Both the position numbers and the translations under genes were made by a program. Of a stretch of 50,814 nucleotides of DNA, positions 1 through 11,283 are shown in pieces. Under the pieces are notes generated by a model that made no database searches, was not told the DNA's origin, and saw only the letters and a list, made by a program, of their open reading frames with translations. The first letter of the stretch is position 1. Every line of letters begins with the position of its first letter. The stretch comes from Stramenopiles sp. TOSAG23-3 (lineage: Eukaryota): contig LT642163.1 in the NCBI GenBank assembly GCA_900128585.1, positions 1 to 50,814 on the forward strand. The letters run 5' to 3'.

Positions 1-79
1 TTTGGTTAGCAATAGGGTTACGAGTGCTATGTCCTGTAAATAAGAAAGGACTGCATTTTCTGCAAAAGGATAGGGTTAG
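1..79 (+). repeat. Left copy of perfect 79-bp terminal inverted repeat containing telomere-like TAGGGTTA motifs
   Basis: 1-79 is the exact reverse complement of 50736-50814 (checked base by base); identity stops at position 80. Confidence 0.97.
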
Positions 80-410
80 AAGGGTTAGGTTGATATATCA
101 TCATCAAAAAAACAACAAAACCACACCAATCAAAAGAAGAAAAAATCATCATTCATCATCATCATCTCCATCTTTTTTTTTTTTTTGTATTATATATTAT
201 TTCTTTTTTATATTTTAATAATAATAATATATGTTGCTGTGTTCGATAACTACCTACGAGAAGTACTACGGGTACTTCTGAAAAAAACCTTCTCAAGGAA
301 ACAGAAACAAATCTAATCGTTTTACAAAGAAACAGAATACGAAAGACAAGGTATTCGGTGGACATTAGCCATTTGGGAAAGAATATTCTTTGTGTCCAAC
401 TTGGATTTAT

Positions 411-2648
411 ATGGAATTGACAAATTCTTCGATGAAAGTTACCAAGCTTAGTTCGGGGAGCATCGACTCAAACTCCGAAAGTGGTACTTTATCAGGTCAT
501 ACGGGGCTGAAGGAAAACCTGCTGAACCAGGGGTTCTCGACCTATGGAAATTCCAGTAGTCGAACGGGTTATGCTGAATTGAATAAACATGAGAAGGAGG
601 AAAGGGATTCTTTGTTTGCCGATCAGGGAGATCTGTGGCAGGACGCCGGACAAGACGCCCATCACCAGCTGTCGAAGACTCGTGGAAAATGGTACAGCAA
701 GGCGTGGCATTTTTTTCAGACGGTCCTGTTTTTAATTGTATTGGGAATGCTTTCGTCAATTGCTGCACAACTCGTCGAGGCTGCATCATCGGGATTGTTT
801 GGTATCCGCGAGACTCTCTCCGGTATACCGGTTGCACCGCAGACAAATGTAACAAACCCAATACCGCCCCATAAAGTCTCTGGAGTGCAAGGTTTTCTGT
901 TCGTAATTTACAACGCTTTTCTTGTTGTGTTCTCGTTGCTGTTTACCAACGCCGTTAGCCCGGAGGCTCGTGGAAGCGGGATACCAAGGATGAAAGGGGT
1001 GCTTTCGGGTCTACATATACATAAATTCCTGTCCTGGAGATCGCTGCTGGCAAAGATTGTAGGGGTGATCACTGCGTTCTCGTCGAATATATCAATTGGG
1101 CGGGAAGGGCCCTTCGTGCACATTGCGGCTTGCATTGCACAGCTCATGATGAGACGTTCCTTATTTTCAAGGTATTCGAAAATCAGCTCCCGCAGAATCG
1201 ATATGTTGACGGTCGCGTGTGCATGCGGAGTAGCTGGGGCCTTCGGTGCACCGTTTGGGGGGGTTATTTTTGCCGTCGAGGTTGTCGGAACGTATTTCTA
1301 CGTTCCAAACATCCCAAGAATGTTTATGGCATCGGTGTGCGGCACCTTCATTGTTAAGATGATAACGTTGAACACGGCCGAAGGGAAAGAAGGCTACGTC
1401 GCTATTTTTAAAACCGACTTTGACTTTGAAGAAACGCAGCTGTCTGCCCAGAAAGTTGCAGCGTCCCTTGCACTGTTCGTCGTTCTCGGGATGATGTGCG
1501 GGGCGTTGAGCGGATTGTTTATTCGTTTGATTTCAAAGATGGCAAAAATTCGGCAGCAGGTTTTGCCCAACAACAAGTCCCAGCGATACCTAGTATATTC
1601 AGTTTCAGCCGCGGCCGCTGTGGCCATATTGGAGTCGTGCGTCGTTCTACTGTACTACCCCACCCTACCGGTCGTGAAATCACAGAAAGCGTTCGTCATC
1701 GGTTTGTTCAGAGACTCCAACAGCCAAATGCTAAGCGACAACATCCCATTTGACTTGGCCGTGTTGTTTGTGCTGAAGTTCATATTGACAGCATTCTGTT
1801 TGACGTTGCCCTTAACTGCTGGCCTGTTTGTGCCGACACTGTTGCTCGGGGCCATTTTCGGACGTTTTGTTGGTGAACTTTTTGATGTAATGGGCCTGAT
1901 GCAAGCGGGGTGGCACGCTGGCGAATTTGCCGTCGTAGCGGCCGCTGCGTTCGCTGGGGGAACTACACGCGCAATTTCCACCGCAGCAATCGTCATAGAA
2001 ATGACCGGCCAATACCACATGCTTTTGCCTGTCTCGCTCGGTGTCCTGTCGGCGTATTTTGTCGCTAACCGGTTTTCAAAGCCAGTCTACGACTGTTTGG
2101 TGACAGCAAACGCTTTCCCACATTTACCAAAGATTTCTTATAATTTAGGACGGGAACCCGCGCACGTAGCAGGCCGACCGGCGCTGCCCACGGAAATTAT
2201 CGAGCTGCACTGTACGGTAGGCGGGTTGCAGGAAGTTCTGGATGCCAACCCGTACACAGCGTTGTTTCCCCTCGTGAAAGATCTTGAGACGATGGTTTTG
2301 GTGGGTGAGGTTCAGCGGAGCCGGGTGGAGAAATCGCTGGCGCACGGTCCGCCCCCTGACGGTTCGGTTACGTTTTCCGTCGATCTCAAAAGAGGCACGG
2401 AGTATTTGGTGGGTGCCGATGACGAGCACGGGCTGCGACAGCGAGGTGGTGTTCGTGTGATGGCGAACGCTGCACCCTTTAGCGTCAGCAAATTCACCCC
2501 CTTGTCCAAAATCAACATGTTGTTCCAAACTTTACGCCTATCCCAGGTTTATCTAGTATTAGAGGGTAAATTTGTTGGCAGACTGAGCCGTGACGATCTT
2601 GTTTACTTGGCCCAGGAACAATCCAAGCACGCAAAGGGCGTGCTATAA
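411..2648 (+). CDS. ClC-family chloride channel with C-terminal CBS domains (ClC-1/ClC-2-like)
   Basis: GSGIP, GREGP, FGAPFGGVIFAVEV, GLFVP and PVYD motifs; many TM helices; CBS-like FPLV..LVGEV and VYLV..GKFVG segments. First in-frame ATG is 411 (alternative 432). Confidence 0.93.
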   Translation: MELTNSSMKVTKLSSGSIDSNSESGTLSGHTGLKENLLNQGFSTYGNSSSRTGYAELNKHEKEERDSLFADQGDLWQDAGQDAHHQLSKTRGKWYSKAWHFFQTVLFLIVLGMLSSIAAQLVEAASSGLFGIRETLSGIPVAPQTNVTNPIPPHKVSGVQGFLFVIYNAFLVVFSLLFTNAVSPEARGSGIPRMKGVLSGLHIHKFLSWRSLLAKIVGVITAFSSNISIGREGPFVHIAACIAQLMMRRSLFSRYSKISSRRIDMLTVACACGVAGAFGAPFGGVIFAVEVVGTYFYVPNIPRMFMASVCGTFIVKMITLNTAEGKEGYVAIFKTDFDFEETQLSAQKVAASLALFVVLGMMCGALSGLFIRLISKMAKIRQQVLPNNKSQRYLVYSVSAAAAVAILESCVVLLYYPTLPVVKSQKAFVIGLFRDSNSQMLSDNIPFDLAVLFVLKFILTAFCLTLPLTAGLFVPTLLLGAIFGRFVGELFDVMGLMQAGWHAGEFAVVAAAAFAGGTTRAISTAAIVIEMTGQYHMLLPVSLGVLSAYFVANRFSKPVYDCLVTANAFPHLPKISYNLGREPAHVAGRPALPTEIIELHCTVGGLQEVLDANPYTALFPLVKDLETMVLVGEVQRSRVEKSLAHGPPPDGSVTFSVDLKRGTEYLVGADDEHGLRQRGGVRVMANAAPFSVSKFTPLSKINMLFQTLRLSQVYLVLEGKFVGRLSRDDLVYLAQEQSKHAKGVL

Positions 2649-3220
2649 GAAGCGAAGAGATGTCGTTTTAGAGTGCGAAATGGCCAGAAATGAAATGTTG
2701 TTATTCAATTATATTAGAGCTATTTTATACTACTACGGTACGGGTTCGATACCTGTTGAACTAATATTATATATATCTTTTGGTCTTTAGGTGGTATTAT
2801 TACGAAATAACAGCAGTTAATAATATAATATAATTAACAAAAAACACAACAACAAAATATATTAATACCTACAGCAAACAAAATATGCATGCCACATGCC
2901 ATCCACCACCAAGAAGTATTTATTAGACTAGTCTAAGTAGAGGAGTAGTAAATAAGAAGACTAATAGAGAAGAAAGGAGTAAGTAGTAGGAAGATTAAGA
3001 AGAAGAGTAGTAGAAAGAAAATAATAATAATAATTGATTTTTTTTCTTCGGTCCTACCCTCCTCCTCCTACCCACCCACATACCACCCCTTTTTCTTCTT
3101 ACTAAACATTACTAATTGAGCTCCGTCCTGTAAAATGATTAGAAAAAAACAACGCAATTGAGGGCACCGAACAATCAAAGCAGATTTTTTTATACACCAC
3201 GAGATTGCGTGCAAAACACC

Positions 3221-4582
3221 ATGGAGCGTTCCCCGCAAGGACAATCGGTAAAGTCTCTAGGAGATGCAACGTTCAGGGCTACGGTCGCCCTGCAGGAGCT
3301 CAACGTGACGTTAGGCTTCTTGCTTTGTCCTTATCATGTAGAGCTGGCGACTGCTTTTGGAACGTCGCATTCTTCAACGGAAACAAGGACAAATGCCCTC
3401 CTTTTCATATCAATAGATGGGTCTGTATCAGGTTTCGGGGAAGCAGGACTTCCGCCGAAAAAATCCCTTGTGTACGAAGCCGACCTGCGCGACTGTACAG
3501 ATTATTGCAAAGGTTATATTGAAGTGCTGAGCAACGAGGAACAAAGGAAAAAAGCACGTTCCGGCGGCGAGAAATACAACCCATTCAGGGGTTTACCAGA
3601 GCGAAACTTTTCGGAAATTCGAGGGCCTGAGGGGACATCGTACTCCCCCCTACACCACGCCATGTTGTGCGCGCTTGACATTTGCCCTTTAAACGGCGAG
3701 GCCTATGGCCGGGCCGGAAAGGCCTTGGTCGAGAGTGCCATTCTGGATTCTTATGGGAAAGAGAAAGAAAAAACAATCGTAAGCTTGCTAAACATAAACT
3801 CCGAATCAAACCTGCACAAATCGTTTTATACAGCCGCAATAAATGAAAACATCGACTTGATTGTAAAAGCTGCAAAGTTCGGTGCCCAGCACACACCACA
3901 CTTGAAAATAAAGTTGAACCACTCGATCGATCTGGCAAAAACAATTTTGCACCGCATCAACGAAGCATTGCCAGCAAGTGAGAGGGAAGGGTGCTCGTTA
4001 TGGAGCTTGGATGCAAACTGTGCTTGGACCCCAGAAATTTCTACGACGATGTGCAAGGAGGTTCTTTATATGTACAAGGATAGGATTTTTATGGTGGAAC
4101 AGCCGTTCCCAGTTGGTTTCAACGCCGATGTTAATAACGAGAAGTGGGTAGCCGCCAAGAAATGCTTTAACGGGCTAGGACTGAAAATTTTTGCGGACGA
4201 GTCCATGCGAACGTGGATGGACATCGAAAGTCTGGTTCCATATGTCGATGGGGTAAATATTAAGATGGAAAAGTGTGGAGGCTATCGCGGCGCACTCCGG
4301 GCAGTGTCCGTGGCAAATCAGTACAATTTGGATGTTTGGTTTGGTTGCATGGTGGGTTCGAACTTGAATAGTACAGCAACGGCCCACTTGTTTTGCCTGG
4401 CATGTTGCAGCGATTTGGATGGTGCCCTGCTTGTCAAGGAATCGTCGAAGATATTTTCGGGCGGGTTTTTGTTTACAGAGAGTGGAACAATTCGTTTGCC
4501 ACAAGGTAATGGGGTAGGTTTGCAAATTCGCGAGGATATCGCCGACGATATAAAAAAAATGGCAATGGGATCAACAAGGTAA
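3221..4582 (+). CDS. Enolase-superfamily (MLE subgroup) enzyme, L-Ala-D/L-Glu dipeptide epimerase-like
   Basis: KIK catalytic motif, LDAN, EQP and ADES metal ligands, NIKMEKCGG, GCM and DLD motif typical of dipeptide epimerases; first ATG 3221. Confidence 0.85.
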   Translation: MERSPQGQSVKSLGDATFRATVALQELNVTLGFLLCPYHVELATAFGTSHSSTETRTNALLFISIDGSVSGFGEAGLPPKKSLVYEADLRDCTDYCKGYIEVLSNEEQRKKARSGGEKYNPFRGLPERNFSEIRGPEGTSYSPLHHAMLCALDICPLNGEAYGRAGKALVESAILDSYGKEKEKTIVSLLNINSESNLHKSFYTAAINENIDLIVKAAKFGAQHTPHLKIKLNHSIDLAKTILHRINEALPASEREGCSLWSLDANCAWTPEISTTMCKEVLYMYKDRIFMVEQPFPVGFNADVNNEKWVAAKKCFNGLGLKIFADESMRTWMDIESLVPYVDGVNIKMEKCGGYRGALRAVSVANQYNLDVWFGCMVGSNLNSTATAHLFCLACCSDLDGALLVKESSKIFSGGFLFTESGTIRLPQGNGVGLQIREDIADDIKKMAMGSTR

Positions 4583-4808
4583 GAGGGAGACAAAAAATGG
4601 CAAACTAATAAAATTAATCTATAATTCCCCGTAAGTTTATATCATATGATAAATGAAAACAAAATTATATCGTAAGTTTAAATTATCAGCGTTACTCAAC
4701 TTGCTTTTCGTAAATCCAATATTGGACGATGACATACGAATGGAGAGTTGGCACTGGTGATGTGCCTTTTGTCGCTCCACCAAGACAGAAAAAATGATTT
4801 TTTTGTTT

Positions 4809-5318
4809 TTACCAATGGTGCTTTGCTTCTTCCGTGAGCCTACCAAGTATATCCGCGTACCGTTTTCCTGCTGCTGAGCAGGCTGACTTTACAACGATCA
4901 GAAAAATTTTGCAAAGGCCCCCTTTGCATTCATCGGCGTTGACGCAGCGATCAATATTATGGTCGGTGCAGCCCCGTTCGCACGCGCTTTGGTACCTGGT
5001 TTTGCACCCATTTATACAGGCAGGGTGCTTGTCCTTTAAGTTTACGAAAGGACTGCAAGTTTTTTCACAACTGAACTTGGTCGTGGGACAGGCAGCAAGG
5101 CACTTCTCCGTGGCTACTTGCTCGTGCCCAGGAGACTTGGGAAAAATAAAAACATAAATCAGACACAGCACTACAAAACCAACCACACCGTAAACCATGA
5201 ATGTGTTTTGCTGTTCCCTTTGTTGCCTAGCACGTTTAACATATTTGTCTTGGTTATACGTGACGCCCAAGTTGCCTTTGGCCTGCTCAAAGCGGTTGTT
5301 GAATTGGTTGTTGTACAT
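4809..5318 (-). CDS. Small type II membrane protein with Cys-rich (CxxxC-repeat) C-terminal domain, function unknown
   Basis: ATG start, single TM (VYGVVGFVVLCLIYVFIF), then CLAAC, CEKTC, CINGC, CERGC. Confidence 0.75.
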   Translation of the reverse strand: MYNNQFNNRFEQAKGNLGVTYNQDKYVKRARQQREQQNTFMVYGVVGFVVLCLIYVFIFPKSPGHEQVATEKCLAACPTTKFSCEKTCSPFVNLKDKHPACINGCKTRYQSACERGCTDHNIDRCVNADECKGGLCKIFLIVVKSACSAAGKRYADILGRLTEEAKHHW

Positions 5319-5547
5319 GGTTCACCCCAGGGTAGTAACAAATTCTGGACTAAATTAAATGCCTTGAACTTAAACTGAACAGATATCAATTTTTTTGAAT
5401 TATTACATCAAACAACAAATGTCTTCATTCTCCATCTGTTTCTTTTTTCATTATTTTTTTCTTTTCTTCTTCTCCATACATCATCATAATTTTTTTATAC
5501 CAAGAACAGGCGGGAATGAAAATTCACAATAATAATAATTACTCTAA

Positions 5548-5648
5548 NNNNNNNNNNNNNNNNNNNNNNNNNNNNNNNNNNNNNNNNNNNNNNNNNNNNN
5601 NNNNNNNNNNNNNNNNNNNNNNNNNNNNNNNNNNNNNNNNNNNNNNNN
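5548..5648. other. Assembly gap (N run)
   Basis: 101 N. Confidence 1.
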
Positions 5649-5987
5649 ATATATTAATATTAGGAAAAAAAAGAAGAAGCTTATTTTATTATTTTTTATT
5701 ATTTCTTCATTCACTTCTTCTACTACCGCCGTAGTAGTAGTAATTTTATTTATTTTGTTGTATTGTTGCACAGTATTACCGGTATTAATAATACCTGGTA
5801 AGGAAGAAAATATAATAATAATAATAATGAATAAAAAATTCTTTCTCCTATCTTTCTTCTTTTTTTTTGTTTTAATATTTTTTTGTTGTTGTTCATGATT
5901 TTCCTTCCTCTCTTTCTATTTTATCATCATTATAATAACGTTATGTTATTAAAAAATTATAATCATTTTATTATGAAAAAAAGTAAG

Positions 5988-6187
5988 TAATAAGAATCCA
6001 CTGGATAAAATAACGTTTTCAGATTTCAGTTCTTGAGAAGCGAGTATCACAAACAACCAATTGCGTACATTGTACTTGAAGTGTATGGTAGTTCTATTAT
6101 ATATCTATCAAATGGTAAATATGTAGTTAATAAGTATCCACTAGACTATAGGAAGGGGGTATCAAAAAACCAATTTGCGTAAATTGT
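5988..6187 (+). repeat. Degenerate local duplication of two blocks in intergenic spacer
   Basis: taataagaatccactgga (5988-6005) ~ taataagtatccactaga (6128-6145); gtatcacaaacaaccaattgcgtacattgt (6044-6073) ~ gtatcaaaaaaccaatttgcgtaaattgt (6159-6187). Confidence 0.7.
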
Positions 6188-6667
6188 TTTAATTCTTCTG
6201 TTCATTTGTTTGTTCCCAATAATAATAGGTAATATTATTGTATTATAAGAGTAATACAAGTAGGCTTTAAAAAATAATTACGAGGAGGTACCGGACGACA
6301 TCATTGTTTAAAGTATATTTTATTATATTATTATATTGAAAAAGAAGAAGAAGCGCCACCACTACTACTACTACGAACTCCACTACCGGTGCGTACCTGG
6401 TAGGTACCCAGGTATAATATTAATACACCTGGTACTGGTACGGTACTGGCACACCACCATCCATGATCCATCATCGAAGAACTACTCCTCTTCTCCTCTT
6501 CTTCTTTCAATACAGGTCTTTGGTATTAAAGACAACCATAAAACATACACATTTATAAATCATTTTGGGTAACGTCACACACACAAACACACGGACGAAA
6601 AAGACAGGAGTAAGAACCACCGATAGTTTCAGTATTGGACACTTTGTACACTGGTCGTTTGTTCACC

Positions 6668-9422
6668 ATGCGGAAGAGCAGTCGTAGAGCACCGTTTATC
6701 CCCCCGCTGGTTTCCGAGTTCTGCAAGCGGCAGAGCGATAGCCCACTTCTGTACCCAAACGTCAAAGACCTTTCGAATAGGAGCAGCGAGCGTAAGGCGC
6801 TAGACCTTCGATCATGCCCTATAATCAAGGACGTTTGCTGCAGAGCACACGTTGGCGAATCGCTTGAGATTGTATCACAGCCGCATGGGATCCATAGTAT
6901 ATATCTGGCGGACGAACACCTGCGAAAGTTGTCGATATTTTTGGGAGACTGGGTATGCGTCATAGTGCGCCAACCTGGGTCGGACAGAATTTTAGGCTCT
7001 CACATAGCAGTAGCAAAGGCCGCCGACGGGCACGAAGCAGTAGAGCATGCAAGCGTTTCTCGCATTTTTGGGTATCATTTGAAGGGCAACCACTTCCAAG
7101 GCAGGTGGTGCCCCGCAGCAATAGATATAATCGCACTCCCGACGTTGACCGGTCCCTGCACCCGGCACGACAATATTGGGAACTGGAGTTCTGCGAGCGG
7201 GCACTTACACGGTCATACGACATCTTTGGGGGCTCGGGAGCAATTCAAAATAGCAAAACAGTGCCGGCTGTCGCGTGTAAAGTCTCCCTCATCTTCGGAA
7301 GTGGTAGACTATTCTGAAGAGCTGAGAGAGTACTTTTCTAGGCCCGTTGTATTGGAGAAAGGAGAAATTATCGAAATTATATCGGACGGTGGGGACGAAA
7401 GGATGAAAACAGTAGTGTATTTCAAGGTGGTGGAATTAGAAGAAAGATTCGATGACACGGGCATTTACAAATTTACACGCAACGGCGAGGAACTTTTTTG
7501 CCCGCAGACCATGATCGTTAGTTGCCAAGACAACGAGACGGCCCTAGAGTTGGAAGGTGCAGTGAAATGTTTTGTCCCCCCCCCCCGTTTTGGTAGGCAC
7601 AGGTCCGGCCGATATCCCTTTGGCGTATAATGCAGATATTCGGCAAAAAATGATTGATGTGTTTCTGCCGCAATTGTATTCCCGGGTGTCTAAATTAAAT
7701 TCTCCCAGTGCATCCGTACTACTGTGCGGTGGTCGTGGTTCTGGAAAAAGGCAGTTGGTGGATTCAGTAGGTCACGCTTTGGGCTTACACGTAAAAGAGT
7801 TCAACTGCCGCCGGGAGTTGTTGAAAGGTGGTTCCGACGTTGGCGGTCAGGCACTCAGCAAGAGCTTGAGCGGTTTATTTCAGTCGGCAAGCGATCTTGC
7901 ACCATGCATGATCCACATTAGACGGTTTCGAGCTGTGGCACCAACCCAGGGGCAGTCCAAGAATCAACACGCCTTAACTCAATTCGTTGCCCAACTGACT
8001 CGTTTGATGCTCAAAGCCCACACGGCCTCACTGGCGCCAGGGGGGTTGCCGGTGCTATTTGTCGCTACTTGCGAAGAGAGCGACGATGTTGAAGCGGCAG
8101 CTCGCGCTTGCTTTACCCATGAATTTTCGATAATGTCGCCAGATGACAAAGCACGTGAAATGATTTTAAATTCATATTTAAGGGATGCCACGGTGGCTGA
8201 TGATGTCATCGTGAAGGACCTGATTAAGCGGACCGCAGGTCGATCTTGCTCAGAACTGAAGGCCCTGGTAAGCGATGCGGGAAAGCACTCGTTCGCACGG
8301 TTTTACAAGTCTGTTCTGCGCTCACGAGAAGTCCAAAAGGGGCAAGCCTCCGACGGAAGAGCTGTTGCACCTCCCTCCGCACCCACCATCGAAGAGGCCG
8401 CGCGCCTGGAAAAGGAGGATTTTGAAAACGCAATTAAATCAATGGAGGTGGGCGGGAGCTCACCAGGGGCAACTGCGTCCATACCGAATGTGAAGTGGGA
8501 TGATGTTGGTGGTCTGGGGAAAGCGAAAGACGAGGTCATGGATATGATAACCTTGCCCTTGAAACATCCCGAATTGTTTGCAAAGGGTATGAAACAGCGT
8601 AGTGGCGTACTATTCTATGGTCCTCCAGGAACGGGGAAGACCCTGCTTGCTAAGGCAGTCGCAACAGAATGCAACTGCAATTTTATTAGCGTGAAAGGCC
8701 CGGAACTGTTGAACATGTACATTGGCGAGAGCGAAAAAAACGTTCGTCAAGTGTTTGAAAGGGCTCGGGCGGCAAAACCGTGCGTTCTGTTTTTTGACGA
8801 AATTGACTCTTTGGCACCTGCAAGAGGAAAAGGTTCAGATTCTGGTGGTGTGATGGACCGAGTGGTGAGTCAATTGTTGACGGAAATCGATGGCATGTCG
8901 GGCGCTGGTGGCGGCGATTTGTTCGTGATTGGCGCGACCAATCGTCCAGATTTACTCGATAGCAGCTTGTTGCGCCCCGGTCGGTTTGACCGTCTGCTGT
9001 ACCTTGGTATTGCGGCAGATCATCCCGCGCAACTGAAGATTTTGCAAGCTTTGACAAGAAAATTTGTGTTAGAAGATGATGTAAACCTGCTTGATGTAAT
9101 AAAGTCTTGCCCAGGAAATTATACTGGCGCCGATTTCTACGCTCTGGCGTCCAACGCGCTATCATTTTCAATCAAACGCAGGGCGAAGGGTATCATGACG
9201 GTAGTAAATTCGATGAACGAAAAAGTGGAAGACAGCAAAAAGAAAATGACAATTCCCAAATATCTTCAATCGCTGGACGACGAGGCGCTGTCAGTAAAAG
9301 TTGGCATGGAAGATTTTATGAAAGCTCGAGAAGGCATTGTCGCCAGCGTGAGCGAAGAGGAACATTTGAAATACTTGCGTTTGAAGGAAGAATATTCGCC
9401 GTCAGACGGCGCCACCGTGTAA
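6668..9422 (+). CDS. PEX6: Peroxisomal AAA ATPase PEX6, split by a +1 frame break at C11 (7576-7586)
   Basis: C-terminal ORF has a degenerate D1 (GGRGSGK) and conserved D2 ([51 protein letters not shown]); the upstream ORF has PEX6-like YF..P.V...GE.I..VYFKV; removing one C joins them. Confidence 0.9.
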
Positions 9423-9613
9423 AAAGTAATTGCGAGTGAAGCATTATGAGAATTTAGAACAATATCAGTCGTATCATAGAGCATGTAAAGAATACTTCGA
9501 AAACCTGTTATATTTTGAAATGACTTACGCTCTTTGTTAATTTACTTCTCGTATATGGTACTTCTTATTCTTAATAGAGTAAGGCTTGAGCTTAACAAGT
9601 ACTTCGTAACATT

Positions 9614-10870
9614 TTAATTTTGCTTCACGAGGGGTGGGCATTTGTTACACCTTCTTAACGCGCAGCATTTGCACGTCGCGAGCATCAATCGTAGCATTGT
9701 ATCCTCCCAAAGGTCACGGACTTCCACGACGACATTTTCAGCCCCTGTGCTGGTGGCGGTCCAGCCGATCATGTCCCACGTAACCGCAACCGTGACGGCT
9801 TTCTTGCCCTTTCCCCCATTACCAGAATTGTACAACACGACACACTTTTCCCCGTTCTGCAGGTCCCGTGCCCAAACCTGCCCTCCATCGCCCCCCTTGT
9901 GAACCCGATCTCCTCCTGTATTGCTGGAGTCTTGGTTGATCGCGATAACTTCTTCGTTGGAAATGATTTCCATTTTCTTTTTGGATATTTTTCGCAAGTC
10001 CGTCGATATGAGCAGCGGTGATGACCATAACGACCAGAATGTGTATTCTGTGCGAGAACTTATGAAATCCATGGTCAGGTACTCGGTCATTAAAAAATCA
10101 GGATCCATCCAACCAAACTCCTTTGTCCATTTGGACGGCTGCAGCGTGGCCATCCACTCGATAATGTCGTACGTTCCTTGTCCATAACCGACACCCGCAG
10201 AGCTCGAGTTGGTTCCGTACTTCCAAAATGGCAAGTGGTCCATTTGTATGCGGTACATTTGTGCCAAACTGGAACCCCATTCCCAAACGTTGTCTTCACC
10301 CCAGTTGCACAGCGAAAAAAGGACAGGGCGTCCCGTAGCGTTTAGCGCTTTGGACATAGCCCCGTATAGTTCAGGGTCTGTCCCATTTTTACGGCCACAG
10401 TGGTCCATCTTAATCATATCTACACCCCAACTTGTCAGGGTATTCGCATCGTCAACAAAATGCCCTAGCGATCCAGGGCGCTTCCCCTTGCACGTTTCAT
10501 CTCCCACGGATGTATACAGACCAAAATACAGCCCCTTTGAATGGACATAGTCTGCCACCGCCTTCATGCCGTTCGGGAACTTCTTGGCCTCCGGTTGCAG
10601 ATGCCCATTTTCATCCCTTTTCGTGTCGCTCCAACAGTCATCAAGAGCAACGTAGTTGTACCCAAGCTTATCCAAACCATTAGAAACGATCGAGTCCGCC
10701 GTCTCTTTTACCAACGTTTCCGAGCACGGATCTTTCCCAAGCAAGTTGCACAACGAGTCAGTGCACCAGCTGTTCCAACCCATGGGCGGCGTTCTCCCTA
10801 AACCATTGTTATACGCTTGTGCAGTTGAGAGCACAAGGGCCGCCAACAACCATATCCGAAACGCATGCAT
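9614..10870 (-). CDS. Secreted GH27 alpha-galactosidase / alpha-N-acetylgalactosaminidase; expected C-terminus lies in another frame (stop at 9645)
   Basis: Signal peptide, NGLGRTPPMGWNSW, LDDCW, GLYFGLY, DMIKMDHC, DPDFL, EVIAINQD, VRDLW. Confidence 0.92.
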   Translation of the reverse strand: MHAFRIWLLAALVLSTAQAYNNGLGRTPPMGWNSWCTDSLCNLLGKDPCSETLVKETADSIVSNGLDKLGYNYVALDDCWSDTKRDENGHLQPEAKKFPNGMKAVADYVHSKGLYFGLYTSVGDETCKGKRPGSLGHFVDDANTLTSWGVDMIKMDHCGRKNGTDPELYGAMSKALNATGRPVLFSLCNWGEDNVWEWGSSLAQMYRIQMDHLPFWKYGTNSSSAGVGYGQGTYDIIEWMATLQPSKWTKEFGWMDPDFLMTEYLTMDFISSRTEYTFWSLWSSPLLISTDLRKISKKKMEIISNEEVIAINQDSSNTGGDRVHKGGDGGQVWARDLQNGEKCVVLYNSGNGGKGKKAVTVAVTWDMIGWTATSTGAENVVVEVRDLWEDTMLRLMLATCKCCALRRCNKCPPLVKQN

Positions 10871-11084
10871 TTAAAAATATGTATATCTACTCCTTGTTGG
10901 ATAAAAGAGTAAGCAATCAAACTTATGTAACCTTCCTCCGCACTGCTGTTAAAAATAATTTTTCTTCTCGTACTGACAATGATACAACACAGTTCAGAGA
11001 AATGTGGTCTTCTTATTGCATTTTACTTGCGTGCGTGTTAAAAAATTATTATTCATTTTTTCACCACCACCACCATCATCAATT

Positions 11085-11283
11085 TTTTTTCTTCTTGTTC
11101 TTCCTTCTTCTTCTTTCTTCTTTTTCTTTTTTCTTTTTCTTTTCTTCTTCTTCTTCTTCTTCTTCTTCTTCTTCTTCTTCTCTCTTCTTCTTTTTTTTCC
11201 CTTTTTTTTTCCTTTTTCTTTTTTTTTCATTTTTTTTCTTCTTCTTCTTCTTCTTTCTTCTTCTCTTCTCCTTTTTTTTGTTT
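11085..11283. repeat. Polypyrimidine (TTC/T)n low-complexity tract
   Basis: Nearly pure T/C with (TTC)n run. Confidence 0.9.

Noticed and set aside
1..92. True telomere at the scaffold ends
   Set aside because: TTAGGG-like units are few, degenerate and in the opposite polarity to a chromosome end.
2740..2756. tRNA T-arm/B-box-like ACGGG-TTCGATA-CCTGT
   Set aside because: No D-arm, anticodon arm or acceptor stem in the flanks; not called a tRNA.
7587..7596. 10-nt GTTTTGGTAG micro-intron that would restore the PEX6 frame
   Set aside because: Shorter than any known spliceosomal intron; the adjacent C11 run is a simpler explanation.
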